Positions 27,548 through 41,989 of a DNA stretch of 64,000 nt are shown piece after piece. How positions within the stretch are numbered: the first letter of the stretch is position 1; the number at the start of each line of letters is the position of its first letter. Origin of the DNA: Eledone cirrhosa (taxonomy: Eukaryota); the NCBI GenBank assembly GCA_964016885.1, contig OZ024761.1, positions 29,946,001 to 30,010,000 of the forward strand. Reading direction: 5' to 3'. The notes under the pieces are model-generated. The model had not been told where the DNA came from. It made no database searches and saw only the letters and a list, made by a program, of their open reading frames with translations. A program made the position numbers and the translations under genes.

Positions 27548-28310
27548 CAACCACTTTACAGAGTGTACTAGGTGTATTTTATCATAAGACGAGCACTACC
27601 ACTTTACAGAGTGTACTGGGTGTATTTTATCATGATACCAGCACTACCACTTTACAGAGTGTACCGGATGTATTTTATCATGGTAACAGCATTGCCATTA
27701 TACAGAGTGTACTGGGTGTATTTTATCATAGTACCAGCACTACCACTTTACAGAGTGTACTAGGTGTGTTTTATCATGGTACCAGCACTACCACTTTACA
27801 GAGTGTACTAGGTGTATTTTATCATGGTACCAGCACTACCATTATACAGAGTGTACTGGGTGTATTTTATCATGGTACCAGCACTACCATTATACAGAGT
27901 GTACTGGGTGTATTTTATCATGGTACCAGCACTACCACTTTACAGAGTGTACTAGGTGTGTTTTATCATGGTACCAGCACTACCACTTTACAGAGTGTAC
28001 TAGGTGTATTTTATCATGGTATCAGCACTACCATTATACAGAGTGTACTGGGTGTATTTTATCATGGTACCAGCACTACCACTTTACAGAGTGTACTAGG
28101 TGTGTTTTATCATGGTACCAGCACTACCACTTTACAGAGTGTACTAGGTGTATTTTATCATGGTACCAGCACTACCACTATACAGAGTGTACTGGGTGTA
28201 TTTTATCATGGTACCAGCACTACCACTTTACAGAGTGTACTAGGTGTGTTTTATCATGGTACCAGCACTACCACTATACAGAGTGTACTGGGTGTATTTT
28301 ATCATGGTAT
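27548..28310. repeat. Homogeneous 48-bp minisatellite, ~16 units
   Basis: Unit gtactgggtgtattttatcatggtaccagcactaccactttacagagt, seen as 16-aa periodicity in ORF 27766-28320. Confidence 0.95.
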
Positions 28311-28339
28311 TATGTATTAAGATAGATTTTCAAATTTAC

Positions 28340-28477
28340 CTTCTACGAGCAGGAAGAATCCTTTCGGGTTTCTTCTGAGGATTCTAATGGCTTTGTCTGT
28401 CATCATCATTAAGTTGGGGTCATCGTTTCCTTCTTTTCTATCGACTTCATATTTTAAATGGGAGGGCTCAAACAACC
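28340..28477 (-). CDS. Alkaline phosphatase exon (GFFLLVEG)
   Basis: tttacag|GG..G|gtaaat. Encodes LFEPSHLKYEVDRKEGNDDPNLMMMTDKAIRILRRNPKGFFLLVEG. Confidence 0.96.
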
Positions 28478-28999
28478 CTGTAAACATATTTAGGGATTTA
28501 GATATTAACAGAGATGTAGGAGTTGAGTGTGAGATGGGACGGTTTTAGAAATAATTGTTTCTACTTTTGGCACAAGGCCAGCAATTATCCAGTACATTAC
28601 TGGTACTTTATTTTATCGACCCCGTAAGGATGAAAGGCAAAGTTAACCTCGACGGGATTTGAACTCAGACCGTAAAATGATGTGTGTGTGTGTGTGTGAG
28701 TGTGAGTATGTGTGTGAGAATGTGTCTTCGTGTGAGTCTGTGTATGTATGTGAGGGCGTGTATATGTGTGAGTGTGTGTATGTGTGGGAGTGTATGTGTG
28801 TGAGTGTGTGTATGTGTGGGAGTGTGTGTATGAGTGTGTGTATGCATATATATGTATAATAGTTGACTAAACACGTGCTTTCCTTCTGTAAATGTTTTTT
28901 TTTTTTCCTTTCTTCCTCTTCTCACTCTCATCTGTCTTTCTATTTCTTCTTTTATCTCTAATTCTATCATCTGATGAACCATTAAAGACATGAGTGTAA

Positions 29000-29550
29000 T
29001 GAAGGCAGCTGGACCATCTGGTATCTTCTTCTTCACCCACTTATTTCTGAGAGGGTCGTGTCCTCAAACACTCCTTCTAGCGGGTCTTGTCAGAAGCAAC
29101 CATTTCCATCTGGCCGGATCCCCAAGCAAGACCAGCCGGGCTTATGGACATTATCCAACCATCTTGCTTTTACCGGTTGGGTTTGCCTGTAAAATCTGTC
29201 CAGAGATTCTTTTCTGAGACATTCTAACCACATGGCTATAGTATCGGAGAGTGATCTCTCAATTCGAAGAAGTAGCGGCTCTACCTGGAGTGATTCTCTG
29301 ATCTCTGAGCTACACACTCTATCGAGTATAGTTGGTAAAATGTTACAAAAATCTGACTCGTTAAGTTGCAAGCTAATATCTGGCTTTTGTAGATATGAAG
29401 AAGGCTTTGAGAGGTTCCCATGCTCTGTAATCTAGTGGGAACTTAGGAAGCTAGGTGTAGATGAATGATTTATGAGGGCCATACAAGCCATGTTTAAAGG
29501 TGCAACCAGCAAGGTAAAGAGAGTACAGTGATGAATTTGAAGTGCAAATA
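29000..29550. mobile_element. Two degraded RTE-like LINE fragments in opposite orientations
   Basis: Minus strand reads EIRESLQVEPLLLRIERS (29090-29371). Plus strand reads W-LRKLGVDE*FMRAIQAMFKGATSKVK (~29400-29550). Confidence 0.6.
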
Positions 29551-29742
29551 GATAAAGAAAAATATTACTAAATATTACTAAATCCCTATAAAAGTTTCAT
29601 TTTTTTTTTTAAAATGAATTTATAAAAAACACTGGCAGTGTCATATAATAGAAAACATGGCTAGAAAAATGTTCAATTTATAAGACAAGGATAATGGGGT
29701 GGGTTGGGTGAGAAAGAGGGAGAGTAATTAGATCCACTTAAC

Positions 29743-29836
29743 CTAAAAGATAATCGGTTTTTTCTGGGTCAACATTCTCAAAATCTTTCATATTCCAAAC
29801 ATATGTGGAGTTTTTTTTATGTTTCATCAACCATTC
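29743..29836 (-). CDS. Alkaline phosphatase exon (YVWN...DYLLG)
   Basis: attcag|GAA..G|gttaag. Encodes EWLMKHKKNSTYVWNMKDFENVDPEKTDYLLG. Phase 0 to 1. Confidence 0.93.
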
Positions 29837-29901
29837 CTGAATAATAAAAGAAAAATTGTGTGTGTGTATATATATATATATATATACATATATAGATATA
29901 T

Positions 29902-29936
<35 letters not shown>

Positions 29937-30356
29937 AAAATCTTTACCTGGGTCCTGTATTTTCGTTGCTCTAGTGATGCGGTCGGACTGCCGACTGCTA
30001 TATCTAATTTGCTAAGCTGTCTGAATATAATGTTATACTCTGGGGTCTTACCTCATCTGAGTGCTAAAGCTACAAACCGAATAAGCATACACGCTAGCTT
30101 GGCCGTATACTAGAGCTTCGTCTATGCTGTACTAAAATTTATATATATATATATATATTTATATTAAGAATATTTTTCGAAACAGCGAGCGGGTTTGAAA
30201 TTATTATAAATGTAAGCTATCGCCGTAGTTTGACTAAAGAAATTAAAGAAATTATTTAGCCTGGTAGTGGGGTTAAGAACCCTCGGAGAAATGGAAAAAG
30301 ATGAGTATTGACGTACCATGTAAAATACACCCAGTACACTCTGTATAGTGGTAGTG

Positions 30357-30910
<554 letters not shown>

Positions 30911-31377
30911 TTAAACGGAAAAAATGAAACGATATTTCATTTCCCACTCTTAGTACGGCTGTTACTTAAATATAAGTATGTACACGTACATACATATATG
31001 TATACCGACGTACAGTAGTATGTATATATATATATATACATACATGCACACATATATATATGCACGTATGGATTCACCGAACATTTATTATAATGCTCGG
31101 TGTGTTTGTAAACAAACATCCCGTATTAAGCCGTAGTGTCTAGCAACCACTGCTGCTCGTTTGTTCAACACTGTATACATATATGTATGTACGTGTACAT
31201 ACTTATATTTAAGTAACAGCCGTACTAAGAGTGGGAAATGAAATATCGTTTCATTTTTTCCGTTTATCGTTTTCGGTGCACCCGGCCGATTAACCCACTC
31301 GATATGCAAATTGGGCTACTCAGCCGTTAATATGCATAAGGTAAGTATATACGTTCAACAATCTGGCAGGAAGGTAT

Positions 31378-31420
31378 ACGTTGCTGACGATAGCTAACAA
31401 GCTTGAAACTAGTACAGCGT
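31378..31420 (+). ncRNA. Minimal type I hammerhead ribozyme motif
   Basis: acgttg CTGACGA t-agc-taacaa-gct-t GAA ACTAGT A cagcgt. 6-bp stem I, intact core, palindromic stem III, GUA site. Confidence 0.8.
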
Positions 31421-32608
31421 TCCTTTGTCAGTGTTGAACAAACGAGCAACAGTGGGGGGGGGGGGGGGGGGGATTCTGAATTAATTTTTCGTAGTAGTTT
31501 TTCATATATATCGTACGAGCATTTATGTAGTTTGTATTTAGAATTTATGTATTGTAGCAGTACTCATATATATCGTATTAGTATTCATGTTTCGGGATTC
31601 TGAATTAATATTTCGTATTAGTTTCGGGACTCTGAATTATTATTTCGTATTAGTTTTTCTTTTTTTAGTATTTTAGCCCCCTACTAGTTGACCTGTCATT
31701 GTAAGATAGATTTGGCCGATTACTACTAACTCATAACATTCTTTCACTACAATCTCGTATTTAGTATTCCGTCCCACCTATTAAACTTTTTTATAGCTTA
31801 GCAGTACCAGTGAGAGATTTGATGATTGTGGAAGGGGAATAGTAACCAGAAATTGTGTTTTTTTAAATATTTTTAATATTTTAAATATTTTTCTATATAT
31901 TTACTCCATATAGATTTACTTATTGTTTCAACTTCCTCCCCCACCCCTTCTCTAGTATACTTTTTTCAACCTCCTATCCTTTGAATCTGCTGTAGTTGTC
32001 ACTTTCAACGCTCGACTGGGTTTCCTCCACTCCCTCTCCCTCTTTCTTCTACTGGCAAGTTCAACTACCCCTATCTTCCACAAAATGGCATGATAGAATC
32101 ATGTGTCTCAACAACAAACTTTTGACCAATCCTTGTGACAATCACTTTTACCATATATGGAATTACCCCCTGAGAAGTTCGGCTATTTATTTAACAGGAT
32201 AAAAATGTTCATTTAGTCCAGAATTAGCCGTCGAAACGGCTTGAGCTCAGCCGTCAGGGTCCTACTCGTTCCTATTACCCACTCTACTGCCCTAAGTATT
32301 GAGTACTTTGGTGCGTTATGGTCCATCTGGTTCCTTACCACATTTCCTTCGTTATATATATATAAACAATTAGCAGAAAGAAAAAAGATTTTTTCAGTGA
32401 AATATCAAAACATTAATTTATTTACAACACCGGTTTCTGCATTATATGCAACTTAACAATATTCTGCATATCCGCAATTGATAATGCATATAATACTGAA
32501 ACCGGTATTGTAAATAAATTAATGTTTTGATATTTCATTGAAAAGTTATTTTTCCTTTCTACTAGTTGTTTTTATATATATATCAACTCGTGTGTTACTT
32601 TTCTACAT

Positions 32609-32656
<48 letters not shown>

Positions 32657-33231
32657 AGGGTGTTAAAGTTTGCTTGAAGCATTGTGAAATGTGTAAAATA
32701 CGTAGTTTAGAAAGCCACAACAATGTAGATAGGAAATCTCGAGGTAGGAAGTGAATGATAGATAGGAGAAATAGGAGAAAGTGAAAATTGAGAGAGACAA
32801 AGATGAAAACAAAACAAAGGTAGAAGGGTTACCGTAGTGGAGATTTAATCCCAATATTTCGGGCTCACGCCCATCAACGGGGGAAAGTTCCAAAAAGGGG
32901 GGGAACAGGCTAAGCCGGAGAAAGTTGTGATGTCGTAGAATGAAGAATAACATGGTTGGCTGTACAAAAAGGGTTTATTTACATACAGTATTAACAATTA
33001 TTTCTAACAATTATGTCTAAAAGCCGCTGATCGCTAGAAATTACATCACTTGATCTTAATTACAGTTTGCCTGATCAAATCATTGGAATACTGATCAGTA
33101 TTATACATATATACTCACTCACACACACACACACATATATATGATGTATATGCACACACATTTATAATAACACATACACACAGTGACATGATCAAAGACA
33201 TTTATTACAAAGATTTCCCACATATACTTAC

Positions 33232-33336
33232 GTCAATTAAGGTCCTGTTGTCGAGTCTGTAGCCAGTTTTGTTGGCATATTCTGGGTCATTGTCTATTTT
33301 GGGCATAAAATAACTTCGACCTCCACCAAGTATTAC
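33232..33336 (-). CDS. Alkaline phosphatase exon (VILGGGR)
   Basis: ttttatag|GTA..GAC|gtaagt. Encodes VILGGGRSYFMPKIDNDPEYANKTGYRLDNRTLID. Phase 0 to 0. Confidence 0.95.
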
Positions 33337-33359
33337 CTATAAAACAAAGATAAAATACT

Positions 33360-34200
33360 GTCACAGTTTCTATATAAAAGCTCCCATCCCTTCCTCTCAG
33401 GGGTTCACTTGAAAATCTGAGTCAATTTCTGACATTTCTATAAGAAATAATTTCAACCTTCACCAAATATTACCTGTAAAATAGAGACAAAATACTACCA
33501 GAGCTTCTATATAAGGGGTCCTAGCCACAAATGTTGTTAATATCAGCTCCTTCCCTCAGGGGCTCGATTGAAAATCTGAGTCAATTCCTGATAGTTGTAT
33601 TAACACAGTTTCTATATAAAGGGTCCAAGCCTTTCCTCTCAGGGGTTCACATGAAAATCTGAGTCAATTCCTGATAGTTGTATTAATACAGTTTCTATAT
33701 AAAGGGTTCAAGCCTTTCCTCTCAGGGGTTCACATGAAAATCTGAGTCAATTCCTGATAGTTGTATTAATACAGTTTCTATATAAAGGGTTCAAGCCTTT
33801 CCTCTCAGGGGTTCACATGAAAATCTGAGTCAATTCCTGATAGTTGTATTAACACAGTTTCTATATAAAGGGTCCAAGCCTTTCCTCTCAGGGGTTCACA
33901 TGAAAATCTGAGTCAATTCCTGATAGTTGTATTAACACAGTTTCTATATAAAGGGTCCAAGCCTTTCCTCTCAGGGGTTCACATGAAAATCTGAGTCAAT
34001 TCCTGATAGTTGTATTAATACAGTTTCTATATAAAGGGTCCAAGCCTTTCCTCTCAGGGGTTCACATGAAAATCTGAGTCAATTCCTGATAGTTGTATTA
34101 ACACAGTTTCTATATAAAGGGTCCAAGCCTTTCCTCTCAGGGGTTCATATGAAAATCTGAGTCAATTCCTGACATTTGTATAAGAAATAACTTCGACCTT
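33360..34200. repeat. 83-bp tandem repeat, 7 near-identical units plus degenerate flanking units
   Basis: acagtttctatataaaggg starts at 33605, 33688, 33771 ... 34103. Confidence 0.95.
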
Positions 34201-34476
34201 CTCTCCCTAATAAAGTATATAGTGGTAGTGGTGGTGCTATGACAAAAAGCACCCAGTCCACCCTGTAAGGTGGTTGGCATTAGGAATCCCCCTATTCTCC
34301 CCTCCCCCAGTTGTAGAAAGCCATGTTGGAAATGGAAGCATATGAGCATGAAATGGTCACCTGACCTGTCTGGCCTCATAATGTGACAGATTGTCAAACC
34401 CATGCAAGCATGGAAAACAGATGCTGACCATTGAATATGACGATGATGATACGCACACACTCATATAACTAAAAAT

Positions 34477-34633
<157 letters not shown>

Positions 34634-34669
34634 AGTGTGTGTGTATATATATATATATATATACATTAT

Positions 34670-35252
34670 ATATTTTTTTCTAGGGCGGGTAAAATTCCCG
34701 AGATCCATGGACGGTCTCTGTCCCTCATTATCGCTGCCATGCCCTGCGTCTCCATCAGACCAGTGTCTGTCCTTAGGGTATCAACATACGTTAACCTTGG
34801 TCTTCCTCTTCCAGTGTGTCCATGCAGGGGCTCCCACAGGAGCATTGAGTGCAATGTCAACTCTGGATGTCGGTGAGCATGTCCAGCTAACTCCAGTCTC
34901 CTCTGTGTCACTTTTGAGTTGACTTTTGGGAGGCTCCCATACAGCTCTGAGATTTTCATCCTCAGTGTATACCGATTAATGTTTAGAGCCATCCTCAGCA
35001 TTCTCGTGTAGCACCCATCCACCATCTGAGTGAGATTTTTGGTCAGTGTACAAGTCTCAGACCCGTACAGCAGCACAGACTCCACTCCAGCAATGAAGAG
35101 GCGGATTTTCAGGTCTTTACGAAGGTCCGACTTCCACACCGATCTCAAGCTGTGGCACGCCGCCCAGGCTTTGCTCTTCCTCTCAACCACATCATCTTCC
35201 GTATTCCCAATCTTTGCTCCCAAATACAGGAAGTCCTCAACCAATTCTAGCG
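34670..35252 (-). mobile_element. RTE-like LINE 3' fragment
   Basis: Encodes LELVEDFLYLG...KIRLFIAGVESVLLYGSETCTLT...GCYTRMLRMAL...[11 protein letters not shown]. Inserted between TA tracts. Confidence 0.85.
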
Positions 35253-35281
35253 GCTTATATATATATATATACCTTTCATTC

Positions 35282-35331
<50 letters not shown>

Positions 35332-35397
35332 ACATTTAATATAGAAATGGCTTCTATAGGACTAGAACTGTTTCATTCGAAGGAAATCATCAGGACT

Positions 35398-35444
35398 TTT
35401 CCTGATGATTTCCTTCGAATGAAACAGATCTAGTCCTGTAGAAG
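35398..35444 (+). ncRNA. Type I hammerhead ribozyme motif (inverted twin at ~35350-35397)
   Basis: tttc CTGATGA tttc-cttc-gaat GAA ACAG-atctagtc-CTGT A gaag. Confidence 0.72.
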
Positions 35445-35744
35445 CCATTTCTATATTAAATTTTGTATACACTCTACTAAGATATTGAGTACCTTACTGT
35501 GGTTCCACCCAATTGAACCCGGGACTTTAACTAAAATTACATATCCATATATACACACACATATATACATGGTGATGATAATGATGATAATGATGATGAT
35601 GATCATCATCATTATTATCATCATCGTCTAATGTCTATTTTTCCACGCTTGCATGGGTTAAACAGCTTCTTGTTCATATGGTTCAGTATTTGGGCTTGGT
35701 TTCTACGCCTGGATGCTCTTCATAACGCCAATCATAGGAAAGTG

Positions 35745-35808
<64 letters not shown>

Positions 35809-35811
<3 letters not shown>

Positions 35812-36408
35812 TTATATATATAAAAGCGAAGATGTGTGTGTGTCTGTGAACAACTTGGCATGCATAAGGCTTTCACAATTACCAACTGAATTTGACTAAA
35901 TTTTCTGTGCACGTTGCACAGGTCGCTAAGATTGTCACATCACAAACACTTTTCAAATCGACCCACGTTGAGCAATAAAAAATCGATATCAAAATTATCG
36001 GTAGAAAAATTGATCTAAGGGAGATAACAAACTTTATTAACAATCCTTAAAAAAGGGAGATAACCTTTTCACCAACCAAACACAGCAAAGGATGCTCTCA
36101 AAGAATAGATTTTCTCTTATTCTACTCTCATTGTTTTTTTGTTTGTATACAACTCTGCTTTTATTACAAATGTTTGTACTTTAGCAAAACTGCCTGTTTT
36201 TTTTACATAACTACACCCTGTTCAGTGTTTTCCTTCATTATCAGCATAGTTTTATGTGTACAAAGATTGCACTAAATATTCGTTTGCATTAATTATTGAA
36301 GACTTCTGCTTATTTTGACAGGTTGGGGACAAATAATGTTCTTCTTTTACTTCCTAGCTGTATATTCTTAGCATAATTTCAAACCCCGAGCAACGCCGGA
36401 TAAATCTG

Positions 36409-36412
<4 letters not shown>
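35809..36412 (+). mobile_element. Non-autonomous Helitron-like element
   Basis: Starts TCTTTATATATAAAAG...tgtgtgtgtc, with subterminal ccccgagcaacgccgg. The same motif occurs in reverse next to actag at 42478-42510. Confidence 0.55.
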
Positions 36413-36464
<52 letters not shown>

Positions 36465-36499
36465 GTGTGTGCGCGTGTGTGTGTGTTTATATATATATG

Positions 36500-37320
36500 G
36501 GGAGGGTCATATTTGTGTAATAATATTGCCAGAATTAATAACAGAACACACTCACTGTTTGGTTGGTTTTCGCTTCTGTGTCTTTTATATCGGTTAATTT
36601 AATTTATTCGGTCCTCAATGTTACCATTGACTGACCAACGGTCAAAAATACAGATATAATATAGACACAAACACATATATATAGTCTAACAAAGTTCTTT
36701 CCTTGCACATCTGCAACATCGTCAGTGGTGCTATTATGTTTCCTCTTGTTGTATTGTATACCTACGCCATCTTTATTTAGTCTGTTTATTTATTTATTTA
36801 TTTATTTTTGCCTTTTTCTCTGCGCATGCGTTTGCGTGTGTGTATTGTGTTTGGGTGACTGTGTATTGGTTATTGTATTCTATCTTAGTTTACTAGTGTG
36901 TGTTTATATGTGTTTGTTGTTATTGTGCTTGTGTATTTATTTATCTATATTTCTTTTAGGTCAGTATTGTTTGGGTGATGTTGTCATTCCATTCATTTTT
37001 TCTGTTTAGCCTTGGCCTTCTAAAATCTATTTCACTGGCCTCTCTGATTTGCCTATCTACTGAGTCACTTCTATGTTTAGATATTATTTTAATTTCTATG
37101 CTGTCTATGTTACTGTCGTGTTGTTGTCTGGCATGTTCGTATAGTACTGAACTGAACCGTTTTTCCGTCCTTTTAGTTCCCCCCAGTGTTGGTCTATCCT
37201 TTCACCTATGCTACGAGCTGTCTCGCCTATGTATGTTGTTGTCATGTTTCTGCAAGTACTCTCTGTACATCTTATGCTATAGACTACGTTTCTAGTCTTA
37301 CAGTTTATTCAGTTCCGTGC
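36500..37320 (-). mobile_element. Penelope-like element 3' end: frameshifted GIY-YIG plus pseudo-LTR
   Basis: Reverse strand reads NCKTRNVVYSIRCTESTC...YIGETARSIGERIDQH / VLYEHARQQH...RQIREASEIDFRRPRLNRKNEW. Hammerhead at 36688-36730. Confidence 0.88.
36688..36730 (-). ncRNA. Minimal hammerhead motif in Penelope pseudo-LTR
   Basis: Reverse complement: acca CTGACGA tg-ttgca-gatg-tgcaa-g GAA AG-aa-CT T tgtt. Confidence 0.65.
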
Positions 37321-38029
37321 GCCAATGCCGCGACATCGTCAGACAGATTGTTACACAATAAGGTTATGTTTCCGACATAGGAACGGACAAAGCGTCACTC
37401 CTATGTGGAATAAGTACGTTGAGTGCTTGAATTGAATTGCATCAATATTTACCTTAAGTATATATATGTGTATACATATACGGCAATGAATTTGTTTTTG
37501 ATATGAAATATTGTTACATATATATATATCATTTTATCAATTTTATTTGTTATATATATATATATATATATATCATTTCATATATATATATATATGTATA
37601 TACGGCAATTAATTTGTTTTTGATATGAAATATTGTTACATATCTATATATATATATATACGTCCGCTTTTCCCTGCTTGCAAGGGTGGGACGGGAACTG
37701 ATTCTGGCTTGATTTCTACAGCTGGATGCCCTTTCTAACACCAACCTCATTTACAGTGAAAAAGCTGGGTACTTTTTTTCCGTGGCGCCAACACGTCCAC
37801 TTTACAGTGTGGGCTGGGTGCTTTTTTGCCGTGGTACCTCCACGACCACTTTGCAGTGGAATGATAGGGACCCCAGTCCCTATCATCTCATTTCTACAGC
37901 TGAGTGAACTGGAGCAATGTGAAATAAAGTGTCTTGCTCAAGGAAACAACACATCATCCGGTCTGAGAATTGAACTCACAACCTTTCGATTGCAAGCCCA
38001 ATGCTCTAACCACTAAGCCATGTGCCTTC

Positions 38030-38060
<31 letters not shown>

Positions 38061-38062
38061 TG

Positions 38063-38116
<54 letters not shown>

Positions 38117-38175
38117 CGTATATATATATATATAATGTGTGTGTGTGTGTGGGGGGGGGGGGTATGCATATATAT

Positions 38176-38221
<46 letters not shown>

Positions 38222-38490
38222 AACTCTTGCTAACAGGGGCAAGTGGCATGATGATGATGATACGTGCGTGTGTGTATGTATATGTATATATGTGTACATG
38301 TGTGTGTGTGTAAGCCAGCACCACCACCACCACCAAGACCTATCCTAGTGCTCTGTCACCACCCACATATCTCTTTGTACGGATTTTTCTAAACATTGTT
38401 CAGGGGTGGAATATATTAACAAGCATATTGTGTGGTTTTGAGGAAAACAGAGATAAAAAGAGGGAGAGTGCAAGTGATATATATATATAT

Positions 38491-38536
<46 letters not shown>

Positions 38537-38567
38537 CAAGCATTCATATACTCAGACACATATCCAC

Positions 38568-38628
<61 letters not shown>

Positions 38629-38997
38629 AGTCTGTTCAAACTGGCTGTAACTGGCCACTCATATTGATGTCAAGGTAATGTTTTAACTTCAATATTATGT
38701 GAGATAATTATGTGAGACACCTTCCTCAGTAAACAAGAATCTATTGAATCACCTAATATATATATTTCTTCAAACTTGCATTTTAGACTTAGCTCCGTTT
38801 AATTGATTATTTGTCTAGTTAATTTCTACGGACTAAGAGGTGAGACTAAGTAAATTTTATTTGACTGTTCCTCACAAGGATAGTCTGTGACATTTATCTG
38901 TTACATTATAAACTTAGCTCCGTTTAAATGATTATTTATCTAGCTAATTTCTACGGACTAAGGAGAAGAACAATTGTATATATTTTGTCTGACTGTT

Positions 38998-39051
<54 letters not shown>

Positions 39052-39164
39052 ATATATATATATGTATATATGTATATATATATATATATATGTGTGTATA
39101 TATATATATATGTGTGTATATATATATATGTATATATATATATATGTGTGTGTGTATATATATA

Positions 39165-39205
<41 letters not shown>

Positions 39206-39220
39206 ATATATATATATATG

Positions 39221-39252
<32 letters not shown>

Positions 39253-39332
39253 TATGTGTATATATATATATGTATATATATGTGTGTGTATATATATATG
39301 TATATATATATATGTATATATATATATTTGTG

Positions 39333-39367
<35 letters not shown>

Positions 39368-39446
39368 TTGTGTATATATATATATATGTGTATATATATA
39401 TATATGTGTGTATATATATATATGTGTGTATATATATATATATGTG

Positions 39447-39477
<31 letters not shown>

Positions 39478-39502
39478 GTATATATATATATGTATATATA
39501 TA

Positions 39503-39614
<112 letters not shown>

Positions 39615-39642
39615 TATGTGTGTATATATATATATATGTGTG

Positions 39643-39805
<163 letters not shown>

Positions 39806-39822
39806 GTATATATATATATGTG

Positions 39823-39908
<86 letters not shown>

Positions 39909-40212
39909 TATACTTGTGTATAATGGTAGCTATGGTGCTTCCATAGGCGGTATGCCAAAATTAGCACTCAATATTCATACAGAGTAGAGTGTGTATAGTA
40001 TAAAAAAAACGAAAAATCAGTGATGCATCTGGACTCAGTTTATTGCGTGTTACAATATGTCTCGAGCTACCTGCCGGCGAGTCCAGATGCATCACTGATT
40101 TTTCGTTTTTTTATACTATATATATATATATACAAATCAGGATGGAATCAGTTTGAAACTGGTTAGACCATTACTCAACAGAGTACTCGATACTTGGGGC
40201 AGTAGCGTATGG

Positions 40213-40263
<51 letters not shown>

Positions 40264-40840
40264 TAAACGGAATAGAAAATGCTGACAAATTGTTTAATTA
40301 GGAATAAAAGAGTATTAGTGATTTATTTAATTAGGAATAAAAGAGTATTAGTAATTTCTTGTGGTCAAAACAATTTTGATTGGTCGGTCGAGGTCATGTG
40401 AGTGTAAAAAATTGATTTTGCGCCAAGACTGTTTTTATGTTAAAAAAGTGGCTCCAGCAACAATTCTTGTGGTCAAAACAATTTTGATTGGTCGGTAGAG
40501 GTCGTGTGAATCAAAATTGTTTTGACCACAAGAAATTTTGCAACACCAAAGTAACGCTGGAGCCACTTTTTTAACATAAAAACAGGTAGAATTCCCAAAA
40601 CTAATCAGATCAGAGCAAACAGCACGGACACTCTATCTCAAAATTATTTTTGAAAAGCATTTAGAAATGCGCAACCGGTAAAAACTTAAAAACTTAAAAC
40701 CACAACTGAATACTAACCCATACAATCACTAATACTCTTTTATTCCTAATTAAACCATTTTTAAACTGTGAACAATTTGTCAGCATTTTCTATTCCGTTT
40801 TCCAATATAGAATAACTTGTGTGTTACACCTCTATTCTTT

Positions 40841-40898
<58 letters not shown>

Positions 40899-41561
40899 GA
40901 GTCGGGACCTAGAGAGAAAGAGATAGTTTTTATAACTGAGAGGAGATATATTTTTTACATAGAGAGGTTGAAAACCGTTGGAAGATACTGTATAAATTAA
41001 AAATTTTGAAAATTAACGAAGGGAGGATATCTATCTTCATACATAATTTCCCTTCGTTAATTTTCAAATTCCTTTAATTTATACATTATCTTCCAACGGT
41101 TCCCAACCTCTCTATGTTAAAACAACATATCTTTTTCTCAGTTATAAAAACTATCTCTTTCTCTCTATCACCCATCTCTCCCTCTCCACCTTCACTCTCA
41201 TCTCCTCCCCCTTTTTTTCATCCTTTCCACCCCCCCCCTCCCTAAATAAAATATTTTTTCCTCGCACATATCCTCCCTTCGTTAATTTTCAAAATTTTTA
41301 ATTTATACAGTATCTTCCAACGGTTTTCAACCTCTCTATGTAAAAAATATATCTCCTCTCAGTTATAAAAACTATCTCTTTCTCTCTATCACCCATCTCT
41401 CCCTCTCATCTCCTTCCCTTTTCATCCTTTCCAACCGCCCCCTCTCTAAATAAAATATTTTTTTCCCAATATCACACATCAATCTAAAACCACTTTTCAT
41501 ATGTTGATTTAAAACTGCACTATCCACAAGTGGTTTTTAGCCTTCATATCATGTTCTCCTG

Positions 41562-41628
41562 TTTTATCTGATGAAAACGCAAATATTATTGCATGATGAT
41601 GTTTGTTTTTGAAATGCGCATAATAAAA
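41562..41628 (+). ncRNA. Hammerhead ribozyme motif with extended stem II
   Basis: ttttat CTGATGA aaac...gttt GAA ATGCGCAT A ataaaa. Perfect 6-bp stem I and palindromic stem III. Confidence 0.75.
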
Positions 41629-41824
41629 TACATGGAACTCCTTTAACCATCTTTTGATCTTATATTATGCATACTCCAGTCCTACAAACTGTAGAGTGCT
41701 TCTTATCCGATATATGCATTGCTTTATTGTACTACAATAAAACTCACCTCCTACATTATATATATATATAACACCAGAAGAGTACGAGAGAAACCGATAA
41801 ACAAAAATGTGAACTCTTCCCTAC

Positions 41825-41857
<33 letters not shown>

Positions 41858-41885
41858 TTGTTATACTTTGGGAGGGTCATGTTGC

Positions 41886-41936
<51 letters not shown>

Positions 41937-41989
41937 CGTTTCTGAATTTGTTTAGCAAGATTTTTATCTGAAAACGTGTGTTGAAACCG

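Noticed and set aside
27548-28320. Possible CRISPR array or 16-aa repeat protein
   Set aside because: Units are contiguous with no unique spacers, there are no cas genes, the context is eukaryotic, and the unit is SINE-related.
28965-29020. CTGATGA motif as a hammerhead
   Set aside because: No GAAA or stem I/III pairing in the right position.
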